A DNA stretch of 64,000 nt from Octopus vulgaris. Taxonomy: Eukaryota. Under the pieces are notes generated by a model that saw only the letters and a list, made by a program, of their open reading frames with translations, was not told where the DNA came from and ran no database searches. Within the stretch, counting starts at the first letter, position 1, and each line of letters begins with the position of its first letter. The stretch spans positions 152,892,001 to 152,956,000 of the forward strand of contig OX597816.1 in the NCBI GenBank assembly GCA_951406725.2, read 5' to 3'. Below are positions 26,685 to 41,205 of this stretch, piece by piece. A program made the translations under genes and the position numbers.

Positions 26685-27243
26685 ATGGATATATATGTGC
26701 ATATGAGAATATGCACATATATATATATAGACTTAGTTACACATACACATGCATACTTACGTAACAATAAAGCTACAATATTCTTGGAAAAGGAAGTGCA
26801 ACTTGAAGCTTGCTCACCAAAGCATATCGTTGATTAAATGAATGGTCTTAGATGATATAAGGAAAGATTGGAACAAAATATGGCTGGACCAATTTAGAAA
26901 GTAAACCTGCTTCCAGTTTTAATGTACTTGACGTGTAATAAACCAGAATAAACTTACATGATTAAAAAATGATAAAAATTGCTGACTCTTCTGCATAAAA
27001 GTAAGCCCAATTAATTCATTTGCTAATTCCTTCATTTGTAAGTTAGCCTATTTTGTTCATAAGAGATATTGTCATCTTTGCTGTTGTCTTCGCGGTTGGA
27101 CACACACCAATCGCTTCTTATAGTAGTTTAGACATATTGTGACCTACTTCCTTTATGAACAAAAATATTTTGATGATTTGTTTATGTTAATTAGTTACAG
27201 TCTTTTAAAGAATATTTTTTGCCGATCTCATTTCATACAGAAG

Positions 27244-27380
27244 CATCCATCCATTCATCCATCCATCCATCCATCCATCCATCCATCCATCCATCCATCC
27301 ATCCATCCATCCATCAATCCAACCATCCATCCATCAATCCAACCAACCATCCATTCATCAATCCACTTAGTGATCCATTC
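27244..27380. repeat. (CCAT)n microsatellite, degenerate at the 3' end
   Basis: Read directly from the sequence. Confidence 0.95.
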
Positions 27381-27422
27381 ATATCTATCCGTGAAGTTAC
27401 ACCCCCCTCTATAAATAAATAA

Positions 27423-27462
<40 letters not shown>

Positions 27463-27607
27463 CATATAAACTGACATATACACGTGTGCGTAATTTATGA
27501 TTTATAATTCAGCGGAACATAATAATTACTCCAGTACATTGTATCGAGTCCTCCACTAATTTCTGGTCTATTACGTTCTCAACAAATAGTAATAATCTCT
27601 CTCTTTC

Positions 27608-27667
<60 letters not shown>

Positions 27668-27855
27668 GTCTCTCTCACTCTCTCTCTCTCCCTCTCTCAT
27701 ACACACACTATGTGTTTGCATGTGTGTCTGTGTACAGAAATACATATTTACAACAATTAATGGTGCTGCACTAAACAGCAAGAGTTAAACGGAAGTTGTG
27801 TATTTTTATATTGAATACGTTCGCGTACCTTCAAAGTAGAAAGAATTTCGTTGCA

Positions 27856-27893
27856 GTAACTGTCTTGGAGGAGAGATTCTCCTTATGAACTGT

Positions 27894-27955
<62 letters not shown>

Positions 27956-27990
27956 TTCTACAAGGAGAATTTCTCCTCCGAAACAGTTAC
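27856..27990. repeat. Inverted repeat with about 34-bp arms flanking a (CA)n tract
   Basis: gtaactgtcttggaggagagattctccttatgaa pairs with ttctacaaggagaatttctcctccgaaacagttac. Confidence 0.85.
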
Positions 27991-28097
27991 CGGAACAAAT
28001 GAATTTCTACATTTGAGTGTGTATGCGCGCGTGCGTGCGTGTATGTGTATGTGCACCGTAACTTTATGGACACCCTGTATGTATGTATATGTATATG

Positions 28098-28146
<49 letters not shown>

Positions 28147-28311
28147 CAGGTTTCTTTTAGTTTCCGTGTACCAAATCCACTCCCAAGGTTATAGTAGAAG
28201 ACTCTTGCCCAAAGTGCCATTCAGTGTGTATAATAATCACGTGTAGATGTCATCGTTAAATTTTAGTTCAATAAAATGCATTAATTTGACGCGCAGAGAA
28301 ATCGAAAGGAA

Positions 28312-28352
28312 ATTCTGTAACGTTTCGGTTGTGGCACTTCATCAGGAAGAAA
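28312..28352 (-). ncRNA. Degenerate minimal hammerhead-like motif
   Basis: Minus strand reads CTGATGA-AGTGCCACAACC-GAAAC-GTT; the core is intact but stems I and II are weak. Confidence 0.45.
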
Positions 28353-28509
28353 ATATAGGAGAAACCAAGATGTGATGGAAGAAAGAAAACGAAAATTAAA
28401 CGTTAAAAATGTGACGTAGGGAGGAAAATCCACGTTACACCATATTGGAAATAGCCAGGAAAGAGGAAAATAGAATTTCGAACACAATCGAGTAGGAGAG
28501 GACAGCAAG

Positions 28510-30420
<1,911 letters not shown>

Positions 30421-30524
30421 GATTAGAGGAGCATTTTAAAGAAAAACAGGTCAGGAATTGGTACTGTAGCAAATGAAAATTTGGAGGGAGAATATGAATT
30501 TGTGTTGCTTACGAAAATAAGAGA

Positions 30525-30568
30525 CTGTTGACCGAGTTCGTGACCGAGACAAGCGATCTTCAGAACAG
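30525..30568 (-). ncRNA. Degenerate type I hammerhead-like motif
   Basis: Minus strand reads CTGTT-CTGAAGA-...-GAAC-TCG-GTC-AACAG; stem I is perfect but one A is missing from GAAA. Confidence 0.5.
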
Positions 30569-30700
30569 AAGCGGCAAGAGACGAGAGACTCGCTTCAATG
30601 TCAAAAGTCTCAGAGACTTTTCGCGAAGTAATTCTTCAAGCATAGGCCAGCTTGTTTAATTTATACATACATACATACATATATATATGTATATATAGAG

Positions 30701-30739
<39 letters not shown>

Positions 30740-30740
<1 letters not shown>

Positions 30741-31112
30741 CTCTCTATATATAAACGGCAGTTTGTCTGTGTGTGTTTCTGTGTGTCTGTTAGGTTGTAC
30801 CCTCACCCTGACCACGGCTTTCAACCGATTCTGATGAAACTTGACACACACATAGCCCAATGTCATAATTCAAAACTAACGCAGAGAAAATTTTGAAAAG
30901 TTCCCCCAGTTCTGAAAAAAATCGATAAATTCGACATGGGGTCGAGAATTAGAAACACAAACCACAGACTGTCTAGGGGACGCAACTCGACCTTTTTAAC
31001 TAAAAAAAAAATTTACCATCATTTTTTTCCCATTTTTTGGCTATAACTCTCTAAAAATGCTTTATAGTTATTTCCCTTACAAACCCGAGCAACGCCGGGC
31101 TGATACTACTAG
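30740..31112 (+). mobile_element. Non-autonomous Helitron
   Basis: 5' TC, 3' hairpin cccgagcaacgccggg then CTAG, inserted at A/T within TA repeats. Confidence 0.85.
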
Positions 31113-31252
31113 TATATATATATATATATATATAGTTAATCCAAACAAGAAAACACAGAAAAAAAAAGAAAAAAACAGAAAAAAAAACACAGCAACGCGA
31201 GGACGTGGAACAATTAAAGTATTATTGACGCTCAGGAAAGAAGGGAAGGAGG

Positions 31253-31287
31253 GTTTAACGTTTCGAGCGGAGCTCTTCGTCGGAAAC
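31253..31287 (-). ncRNA. Minimal hammerhead-like motif (U4C variant) in a Penelope-type pseudo-LTR at about 31135-31340
   Basis: Minus strand reads GTTT-CCGACGA-A-GAGC-TCC-GCTC-GAAAC-GTT-AAAC. Confidence 0.6.
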
Positions 31288-31429
31288 AAGGAGAAGGAAA
31301 GATCCCAAGAAGGGAAGACAGAGGAAAAAATATTTTTGCTGGTGGTGCTCAAGAGATCACATGTTGAAAGAACAGAAGTTGAGAGGTAGACGAATCATGA
31401 TTTTTAAAAGCAAGAGAGTTTCAAAAAAA

Positions 31430-32213
31430 GGGAATGTGTGTGGGTGCGTGTGTGTGTGTGTGTGCAAGGGTAACAAGTGTGTTTGTGCGTGCGTGTGTGT
31501 GTGTGTATGTGTGGTGAATAATAAGCAATGGCAAGTTAGCTGTCATAAGGCACTCCTTTATGACAAGCTAGCTTGTTTGTATCCAGCCAGGTCAAAGCCA
31601 GGTCAAAAAAACAAAGGGGTGTATGTATCATGTGTGTGTGTTGTATGTAGTGTGTGTGTGTGCATGTGTGTGTTCGTGTGTGTATGCGTAGAGTGTGGGT
31701 GTGTGGCGAGTAACTGCTTAACCTAGTGTATGTGTGCGTGTGTGCTTGTACGTGCGTGTGTGTGTGTAGGGATGTATGTGTGGGTTCATTTGTGTGAGTG
31801 TGTATGTATGTACGTGTATGTGTGTGCGTGTATGTGTGCGTTTGTATGTGTTTGTGTGTATGTGTGCGTGCGCGGATAGGTGTATATTGTGTATGTATAT
31901 CTGTCGGTGTGTATGTGAGTTTGTGTGTGTTTGTACGTGTGTATGTGTGTGTGAGTGTATAGTATATATATGTAAATGTGTGTGTGTGCGTGTGTGTGTA
32001 CGTGCGTGCGAGTGAATGTATGTATATATGTGTGCGTGTGTGTACAATGTAGAGGCTTATATGTGTGTTTATATGTTTATATGTGTATGTATGTGTGTAT
32101 GTGTGTATGTGTGTGTGTGCATGTGTATGTATGTATGTATATGTATACGTGTGTGTATGTATGTATGTGTGTATGTGTGTGTGTATGTATGCGTGTGTGT
32201 ATGTATGTATGTA

Positions 32214-32244
<31 letters not shown>

Positions 32245-32582
32245 ATGTGTGTGTGTATGTATGTGTGTGTGTACGTATGTATGTACGTACGTGTGTATGT
32301 ATGTGTGTGTGTATGTGTGTAAGTGTGTGTGTGTGTATGTATGTATGTATGTATGTATGTATGTATGTATGTACGTATGTGTGTATGTGTGTATTTATGC
32401 ATGCGTGTATGTGTGTATGTGCGTGTGTGTACATATGTATGTATATGTATGTGTGTGTATGTATGTATGTATGTATGTATGTGTGTATGTATGTATGTAT
32501 GTGTGCATGCGTGTATGTGTGTATGTGTGTGTATGTATGTATGTATATAGATGTGTGTGTATGTGTGTGTATGTATGTGTGG
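31430..32582. repeat. Long degenerate (TG)/(TATG) low-complexity tract
   Basis: Read directly from the sequence. Confidence 0.9.
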
Positions 32583-32678
32583 TCATTTTGCCGGTTTAGC
32601 CAATAAAAACACACGCTCTATATATTTGGTGTTAATTTGCTTCAGCGTTATTTATTTTTTACATTAATCTCATTTCAG

Positions 32679-32718
32679 CCAGAGTTCTTTCGTCACACTT
32701 CTTTGACCTCATCAGTGG
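32679..32718 (-). ncRNA. Minimal type I hammerhead-like motif
   Basis: Minus strand reads CCA-CTGATGA-G-GTCA...TGAC-GAAAG-AA-CTC-TGG. Confidence 0.6.
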
Positions 32719-32798
32719 TCCTTTGCTTTCTTCTTTCTTATTTGTGTGTCTCTCCTTACTAACGGTCAGCCATTTTGTATTTTGTATTCCTATTGTAT

Positions 32799-34175
32799 GT
32801 TAGTTAGTTAGTTAGTTAGTTAATTTTTGGGCTCAAAAAGCAAAAAAGCAAGGCCATGTAGGGGGTCATGGAGTTATGTACAGGGTGGTGTTCATGTAAA
32901 GAGTTCAGGCCACTTGTGGTCAAGGGAGACTTTGAACCGAGCGGTCGTCGGCATCTTCACCATCTCGTCCGGCAGCTTATTCCACGGATCCGCAACCCGG
33001 ACGGAGAAAGCCCCTCTCCTTCGATTGAGATGAAATCGTAGCAGATAGAGCTTTTTCGGAATGACCCCGCAGCCGACGCTCTGGAGCAGGAGTGAAGAAC
33101 AGCTCGTTCGAGAGGTTACACTTTCCGCTTATGATGTTGTGAGCAAGAATGAGATCACCACGGCGTCGTCGTTTTTCTTGAGAATAAAGGTTGAGCGTCT
33201 TCAGCCTTAAGTCAAATTCTTGAGATCAAGAACCATGCGGGTAGCCAGCTTCTGGACTCTTTCGAGATGCTGTATGTCTTTGAGGAGATAAGGAGAAGAG
33301 GCTTGAATCCCGTACTCCAATATGGGTCTCACCAGCGTGACATAGAGCGGTAGGAATATGGCTGCTGTGAGCATTCCGAATGACCGTCGAATCAAGAACA
33401 GAACTCCGCGTGCTTTGTTGGCAGCATGGACGCACTGAGCCGAAGTCAGAAAGGAGGAATCCACCAAGATACCCAGGTCCTTTACCTGATCGATCCTCTC
33501 CAGCAGCAGAAATCAAGTTGAGTTGCAGGAGGAGAGCCAACAGGCAGATGACAGCACTTTGACACGTTCAGACACAGGTCCCATTCGTTAGACCATCTCC
33601 AAATTTGGTGGAGGCATCGACGAAGATCCTCTATATCACCGCAAGGAGCGACCAGTTTGACATCGTCGGCAAATAGAAGGGTGTGTTGCGTGAGGTCGTC
33701 GGGCAAGTCATTTATGAAGACTAAGAACAATAAGGGCCCAAGCACTGAACCCATCGTACAATATCCGGATGGAAACTATATGCTTGAAGCTTGACAAGTA
33801 ATAGGCGGTGGTTTACCGAGTCACAAGCTTTGGCAAAGTCCAATAAAACGATGTCAACAGCATCACTATCATCGAGGATGCGCGTCATCAATTCTTCCAT
33901 TACTAGTAAGTTAGTCAAGCATGATCTCTTCGGAACGAAGCCGTGTTGGGAATCAGAGATAGAGGCTGTGTTTTGGAGGTGGAGCATCATACTTTTCTTA
34001 AGGATGGTTTCGAACATCTTGCTGATTATTGATATAAGGGAAACCGGTCGGTAGTTAAGCGGGTCTTCGCGGCTCCCTTTCTTGAAAATTGGGCAGATTA
34101 TCGCTGTTCTCCAGTCCGCAGGTATAACACCCGTCGCCAATGACATTTGAATAGACGTGTTAAGGGCTCGCAGAT
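32799..34175 (-). mobile_element. 5'-truncated CR1-clade LINE with RT, internal deletion and (TAAC)n tail
   Basis: IPADWRTAIICPIFKKGSREDPLNYRPVSL, QHGFVPKRSCLTNLL, LDFAKACDSVNH, GSVLGPLLFLVFINDLP, LFADDVKL and LYVTLVRPILEYG; tagt repeats at 32799-32821. Confidence 0.95.
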
Positions 34176-34362
34176 GACCGGAGCCAACGCTTTGATAACC
34201 CGTGGGTGTCTTCATTTGCGCATGCGTATACCTCTATGTGTGTCTATGTTTAGTTAGTGTGTGTGTGTGGGGAGGTGCTTGTAATATTTGTATCTCCTGT
34301 TTATACTCGTTCGTGTAATTTGTTTTTGTTTATTTTTATTTTGTTCAAGTGTTTACACCTAC

Positions 34363-34432
<70 letters not shown>

Positions 34433-34491
34433 CGTATTTAGTTGAATTAAATTTTTTTTTATTTACTTCCATTTGTTTATTTATCTGTGTA

Positions 34492-34536
<45 letters not shown>

Positions 34537-34551
34537 GTTTTTAGCTTTGTT

Positions 34552-34872
34552 TATATAAATATATAAGAATCAGTGTTGCATATATAATACATTGAATTTA
34601 CGCTTAAAATCATAAAACTTTGTTAAATTAAAGATTTAGGGTAATAAAACATACAATGACATATTGAAATGACGTATTAAAATTCCAGAAAACATACAGA
34701 AAAGATAAATATACAAAATTACAAAAATAGAAAAATACGTCATTTTAATACGTCATTGTACGTTTTATTACGCCAAATCTTTAAGTTGTCAAATTTTTAC
34801 CAAATGTTTTATGATTTTAAGCGTAAATTCAATGTGCTATATATGCAACACTGATTCTTATATATTTATATA
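34552..34872. mobile_element. AT-rich foldback/MITE with about 125-bp inverted arms
   Basis: ataagaatcagtgttgcatatata...gaatttacgcttaaaatcataaaac...aatgacgtatt is mirrored at 34734-34872. Confidence 0.85.
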
Positions 34873-35167
34873 TATATATTTTATATGATGTTTATTTATT
34901 TATATATTATTATATTTTTAAACGTCGGACTTGATATCTGTTCTGTAGATATAAATGAATATATGAATATATGTATGTATTTGATCTTTCTGTGGATTTT
35001 GTAATATTCTTTTAGTTGCTGCTCACATTGCCTCCCCTCAGATTAACAAGTGGAATATAGCTCATTTGGAGCACTACAATTCCAGTCTGTTATATATTTT
35101 GAGTATTATTATCACTAGTGATCTCAATATATAACTTTGTATTTTGTATATATGATATATACGTATT

Positions 35168-35226
<59 letters not shown>

Positions 35227-35500
35227 TATCAAAATAAGCAACAAGGATATCCAAAGGTAAGTCTGATTTCAATCTCGAAAGAATTTCAGTACTGTATTGA
35301 ATATGGTAGACATACGTTGCATTTAGCGACATCGACGTCACCGAACACCGTGGTATCCTATATCGATGAAGGAAACCACACACGACCATGGTCGGTATGC
35401 CTATCGTCGGCGTGTGTATTCGCTTCTGACGAATTCTCACTCCTTGGTGACAAGTCCTTATGTATCGAGCAGTTAGTCTATATCTCTTTTAATTTATTTT

Positions 35501-35554
<54 letters not shown>

Positions 35555-35632
35555 ATCAATAGCAAAAGGATAAAGGGACTCACCGCGTTTTTTTTTTTTT
35601 TCATTCTCTCTCTATTTATTTTCCTCTAATTC

Positions 35633-35668
35633 CTTTCAGTTGAAGAGCCTAGGCTCGAAACGTAAAAG
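35633..35668 (+). ncRNA. Minimal hammerhead-like motif, variant core, in a solo pseudo-LTR at about 35600-35757
   Basis: CTTT-CAGTTGA-A-GAGC-CTAG-GCTC-GAAAC-GTA-AAAG; same family as 6767-6960. Confidence 0.5.
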
Positions 35669-35762
35669 ACTTCCGTTTTTCCCGACCGTCAAACTAATAC
35701 ACATGCTTGATGTTCCTACACCTGTCCTCGTCTTTGTCTTTCTATAAATTTGAACTATATAC

Positions 35763-35840
<78 letters not shown>

Positions 35841-36362
35841 GTGTGTGTGTGTGTATGTATATATATATGTATGGATGTATATATTGTTGCTTAAAATTTA
35901 CTTTTCAGTATTCCAGCGTTATCGCTTTCCTGCGTTCATGGAAGCAATAATGCGCGTGTGTGTGTACATGTCTTCTGTAGGTGAGGTATGTATGGAAAGA
36001 GAAAAAATATGACATAGACAATACTCTATATTTGCAGTGTTCTGCGATAATCATGTATTTCTAAACTCATTCAAAAGCCCACTTATGCACACACACACGC
36101 ACTAAAGCACATCAACTCCTTCACCAAAAATTATTAACCATTTACCAATATGATTGTTTTTGATAAATAGTAAATGCGTGACGTTACAAAAACAGAATGC
36201 GTCAAATACTTTTCAATCGTCCATGTACATTTTCCTGTTTGAGGCACTGCCAAATCTAATGTTCCCGAAGGCACACACGTAATGTGTGTGTGTGTGTGTG
36301 TGTGGACTGACCGATAACATAAGCATCAGACGTTTGATTTAAACATTACCTTCACAATATAG

Positions 36363-36437
36363 ACTTTGATCGATGCTGAAAATTATTACTATGCCTGGCC
36401 GGAGCTCTTCTACGTTCCTATTATTCGTGGGATACAG
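36363..36437 (+). CDS. Candidate isolated coding exon (TLIDAENYYYAWPELFYVPIIRGIQ), product unknown
   Basis: AG acceptor, 75 nt open in only one frame, CAG/GTAACC donor, apparently non-repetitive. The polypyrimidine tract is weak. Confidence 0.25.
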
Positions 36438-36509
36438 GTAACCTGCTACCATTGGTGTTACCACTGGTAACTTGATGCTGAGAATGCTGCTGATGTTGTT
36501 ATTGTAATT

Positions 36510-36910
36510 ATTCTTTTCTACTCTAGGCACAAGGCTCGCAATTTTTGGGGAGGGGGCCAGTCGATTAGATCGATCTCAGTACATAACTGGTACTTAATTT
36601 ATCGGCAGCGAAAGAATGAAAGGCAAAATCGACCTCGGCGGAATTTGAACTCAGAACGTTACGGCAGACGAAATACCTATTTTCTTTACTACCCACAAGG
36701 GGCTAAACACAGAGAGGACAAACAAGGACAGACAAACGGGTTAAGTCGATTATACCGACACCAATGCGTAACTGGTACTTATTTAATCGACCCCGAAAGG
36801 ATGAAAGGCAAAGTCGACCTCGGCGGAATTTGAACTCAGAACGTAGCGGCAGACGAAATACCGCTAAGCATTTCGCCCGGCGTGCTAACGTTTCTGCCAA
36901 CACGTCGCCT
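36510..36910 (-). mobile_element. SINE family A with two tandem body modules
   Basis: aaaggcaaa(a/g)tcgacctcggcggaatttgaactcagaacgt occurs twice, about 185 bp apart. Confidence 0.9.
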
Positions 36911-37625
36911 TGTTGTTCTTATCATTGTAATTATTGTTTAATTCCCAGGTTAGTCCTGGACGAAATGATTGACCTTTGCTCAAATATGTTTCAACAATGA
37001 TTATCCAGTCTTTTTTTAAGCTTTTAGTGCATCTAGATGAAAGTGCGGAATTTAGTGCCGACAGTGTTCCTAGACAGGATCACACTTTTCCTACTTAGTC
37101 AAGGCACTTCACTTCACATTGCTCCGGCCTTCTCAGCTGAAAATGAGTATCAGCCGAGTTCTAGTGTAGCCTTCTCTCTCACACCATATATCACATACTC
37201 GATGTTTAGAAGTATCGGAGGAGTGTTAACTAAGTTCCTTCATTAGATTACTGTTATAACACTTACTATGAATGTTGTTGCTCATATCATTCTTGTTGAT
37301 TTGTAAGTAAATACAGTTCTTCGCTCGAGAAGCTGTTTTATTAACTTGCTAATGTTAAAGCCCTTGATCTCACTATAAACTTTCCAAACCTGTTTTCTGA
37401 CTGGATGGAAATGATCAAACTTTAAGCCTCTATAACTTTAAATAAAAAATTTTTCTGGAAAAAGTGAAGTACCTCCGGAGATTCAGCTTGGAAAACTACA
37501 TTAATGTACACATTTTCAAATTTTCAATAGACATTAAATTTTCCAAAATTAGCAACCAAACTGAAAAGATCTCAAACCTGCATGTTCCAAAACATGTAGG
37601 TTAGTAGTGATATAAGAAAATAAAC

Positions 37626-37671
<46 letters not shown>

Positions 37672-38375
37672 ATGCAAGTGTGATTGTCTATTTTAAGTAA
37701 TGGCTAGACTATGCTTCGCTTAGTTGGGTGGCTAATAATATTGAAGCAAATCGGCAGTTATTACCATACTGCTAAAGATATAACCCTTCCAACATTGCAT
37801 TTCATATTTAATTTTAATTAATTGGAATTGCGGGTTGTCTCCCTTGCCATTTATGACCAGAATTTGTCATGTAATTAAAAACTGTTCTTATTACTAAAAG
37901 TGTAATTTTAATTAATTAAAATTTCTAGACTTACTACATTATGTATGTTGACACTCACTTTACTACACTCTAACGTTGGTGTTAGGTTAACTAATCTAGG
38001 AGACGTAAACAACCGTTCACAGTTGACTTGACTTCCAAAACTTTGCATCTGCATTATCAGAGAGATTAATGAGTTCAATATTGATTATATCAATAGCTCT
38101 CAGTTGTTTCCGGAAAACTGACTTGGCCAACCATTGTAGTTTATATTGAATAAAACAACTATAGTACTTATAATGTTGAGATAAATCTGTGTGGGTATGC
38201 GTACATCTCTCTCTCTCTCTCTCTCTCCCTCTCTTTCGCTGTGTGTATATGAATGTGTATACGTATTATGCAAGGGCATAAAAGTTCATTCATATGTATA
38301 CGCATATATTTGTATTTATGTACATATATGTGACGATTATTTATGCATACATATATGTATATGTATGTATGTATG

Positions 38376-38409
<34 letters not shown>

Positions 38410-38619
38410 TGTATGTATGTATGTATGTGTATATATATATATATACCTCATGCTTATATATAGTCGCTGAGTGCATGTGTATGGGGGTGATTTAATGCAA
38501 TTGTTAATATATATTTATATATATGTATATGTGTGTATATATATATATGCATGTACACACACGCACATAAGCGCGCGCACATACACACACATACATGCAC
38601 ACGTATATAATATTCTTTT

Positions 38620-38830
38620 ATTCTTTATTTGTTTCAATCATTTGACTGCAGCTATGCTAGAACATCGCCTTTAGCCGAAAAAAAATCGACCCCCAGGACT
38701 TATTCTTTGTAAGCCTAGTACTTATTCTATCAGCCTGTTTTGTCGAACCACCAAGTTACGGGTACATAAACACACCAACATCGGTTATCAAACGATGGTA
38801 GTGGGGACAAACAGACACACAATCATATAT

Positions 38831-38882
<52 letters not shown>

Positions 38883-39030
38883 GACGGGATTCTTTTAGTT
38901 TCCGTCTGCCAAATTCACTCACAAGGTTTTGGTCGGCCTGAGGCTAAAGTAGAAGACGCGTACTCAAGGTGCCACGCAGTGGTACTGAACAGAACTATGT
39001 GGTTGGTAAGCAGGCTACTTACCACAGAGC
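38620..39030 (-). mobile_element. SINE family B, near full length, with internal (TA)n
   Basis: Reverse complement of 58670-59100. Confidence 0.85.
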
Positions 39031-39090
39031 CAATGCATGTATTTTTTTTACTTTACGTGTGTGTGTGTGTATATATATATGTATGTATAA

Positions 39091-39177
<87 letters not shown>

Positions 39178-39549
39178 TGTGTATATACATGTATACGTAT
39201 ACGTATGTATGCCTATGTAAATTCACACATGCATTTGCTCATGAATGGTTGTGTTAACGTGTTTGTTCATCAATATATATGTATTTATTCATGCATGCAT
39301 ATATACAGGGAGTTTCTGTATGATTATATAATTAAGAGTAGACTATCAAGCTTGAGGTGGTAAACCGAAAATCATTATCAATCATCTAGATTTATGACTA
39401 TTATGAGAAAAAAATCCATTAACGTAAATGAGCACGCTTTCTCACGTGGGACAAGGGAACGAACTCAGATTTCACTTGAATAAATTAAATACTGTACAGG
39501 CATAGAATCAGTTTGCTCTCTGGTAGCTATGGTGACAAATTCAAGTTAT

Positions 39550-40135
39550 ATTCTTTTCTACTTTAGGCACGAGGCTCGAAATTATTGGGTAAGGGAGCCA
39601 GGCGATTAGATCGACTCCAGTACGCAACTGGTGCTTAATTCATTAACCCCGAAAGGATCAAAGACAAAATCAACCTCGGCGGAATTTGAACTCAGAAGAA
39701 AAAGACAGGCGAAATACCTATTTCTTTACTACCCACAAGGGGTTAAACACAGAGAGGACAAGCAAGGACAGACAAACGGATTAAGTCGATTATATCGATC
39801 CCATTGCGTAACTGGTACTTATTTAATCGACCCCGAAAGGATAAAAGGCAAAGTCGATCTCAGCGGAATTTGAACTCAGAACGTAGCGGCAGACGAAATA
39901 CCTATTTCTTTATTACCCACAAGGGACTAAACACAGAGGGGACAAACAAGGACAGACAAAGGTATTAAGTCGATTACATCGACCCCAGTGCATCACTGGT
40001 ACTTAATTTATCGACCCCGAAATGATGAAAGGCAACGTTGACCTCGGTGGAATTTGAACTCAGAACGTAACGGCAGACGAAATACGGCTACGCATTTCGC
40101 CCGGTGTGCTAACATTTCTGCCAGCTCGCCGCCTT
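39550..40135 (-). mobile_element. SINE family A with three tandem body modules
   Basis: The module ...ggaatttgaactcagaa... recurs at about 39680, 39865 and 40050. Confidence 0.9.
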
Positions 40136-40282
40136 GGTCAACTGCTATTACGAGAACTGTTCTTTTATTGACCGTTCGTTATCGCTTCAAGGGAAGGAAT
40201 CGTTTTACCAAACAATGTTATTTAGTCGTTATTTTTTTAGGTAGCGATATGACAGAATCGTTTACACGTTGGGAAAATAATG

Positions 40283-40420
40283 CTTAGCGGCATTTCGTCC
40301 GTCTTTACTGTCTTAGTTCAAATTCCGCTGAGGTCGACTTTGCTTTTCGTCCTTTCGGGGTAAATAAAATAAGTAGCAGTTGAGGAATGAGGTCGATGTA
40401 ATCGATTTAACTCTTTACCC
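40283..40420 (+). mobile_element. SINE family A fragment
   Basis: gcttagcggcatttcgtccgtc...ttcaaattccgctgaggtcgactttg. Confidence 0.8.
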
Positions 40421-40932
40421 GTATTTGCTGGACTTTTTTTTTTATTTAGTTGTTTCCTTTTTTTCGGCGGTGAAGCAAATTTGAGTTTGATGGCTTTGAT
40501 ATTCATACCCAATATTCATATTCATATTCGTATATAAGTTTTTCAATCTACTTGAGTCTCATCACCATGAGGCAATTGAGGATTTCTAAATTTTACTAAA
40601 TATTTTTGCAACGGGAAAGGTAGGGTAGGTGTATAGAAGCATTCTACTAGATTATTTTTTTGTTGCCATAGTTCGTCAGTTGAACAGAAATTGAAGTATT
40701 TTAGATTTATATATAGTCTAAGAACAATCTCAATTGCTTTTATCATTACACTGAAAATATGTATCGCAGCTCGAATCAATTATAAATAATGTTATTACGC
40801 CCTTTCCTTCTGGAATTGTATTCCCTTCTGACCTTGTGCCTTTGCTTCGAAAAATTCCTGGGACTGCACCTGTGATCCCATGTTTTTCTCGATAATTAGT
40901 AATATACTCAATGTTATAGAATTTTAATAACT

Positions 40933-41125
40933 AGGGTGGAGCGGCAGAATTGTTAGAGCATCACACAAAATGCCTTGTGTTATTTTGTATCAAACCTTTA
41001 TTATAGGTGTTTAAATAACACCGAGGTCAACATTACTTTTATCCTTCCAGGGTCGATAAAATAAAGTACTAACAAATTACAGAAACCAATATAATCGATT
41101 ATTTTCCTCTCCCACCAAATTTGAG
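40933..41125 (+). mobile_element. Old SINE family A copy
   Basis: ggcagaattgttagagc...ccgaggtcaac...atccttccagggtcgataaaataaagtac. Confidence 0.65.
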
Positions 41126-41169
41126 GGTTAATTTACAAAAATTAAAGCCAATCGAATACATATGTATAT

Positions 41170-41205
<36 letters not shown>

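Noticed and set aside
31536-32614. Long ORFs (up to 288 aa) rich in H/T/Y/I or V/C/M
   Set aside because: These are translations of TG/TATG microsatellites, which lack stop codons; the same applies to most ORFs in the track.
40470-40800. Possible + strand exons ending AAAG/GTAGGG
   Set aside because: There are stop codons in all frames across the candidate interval.
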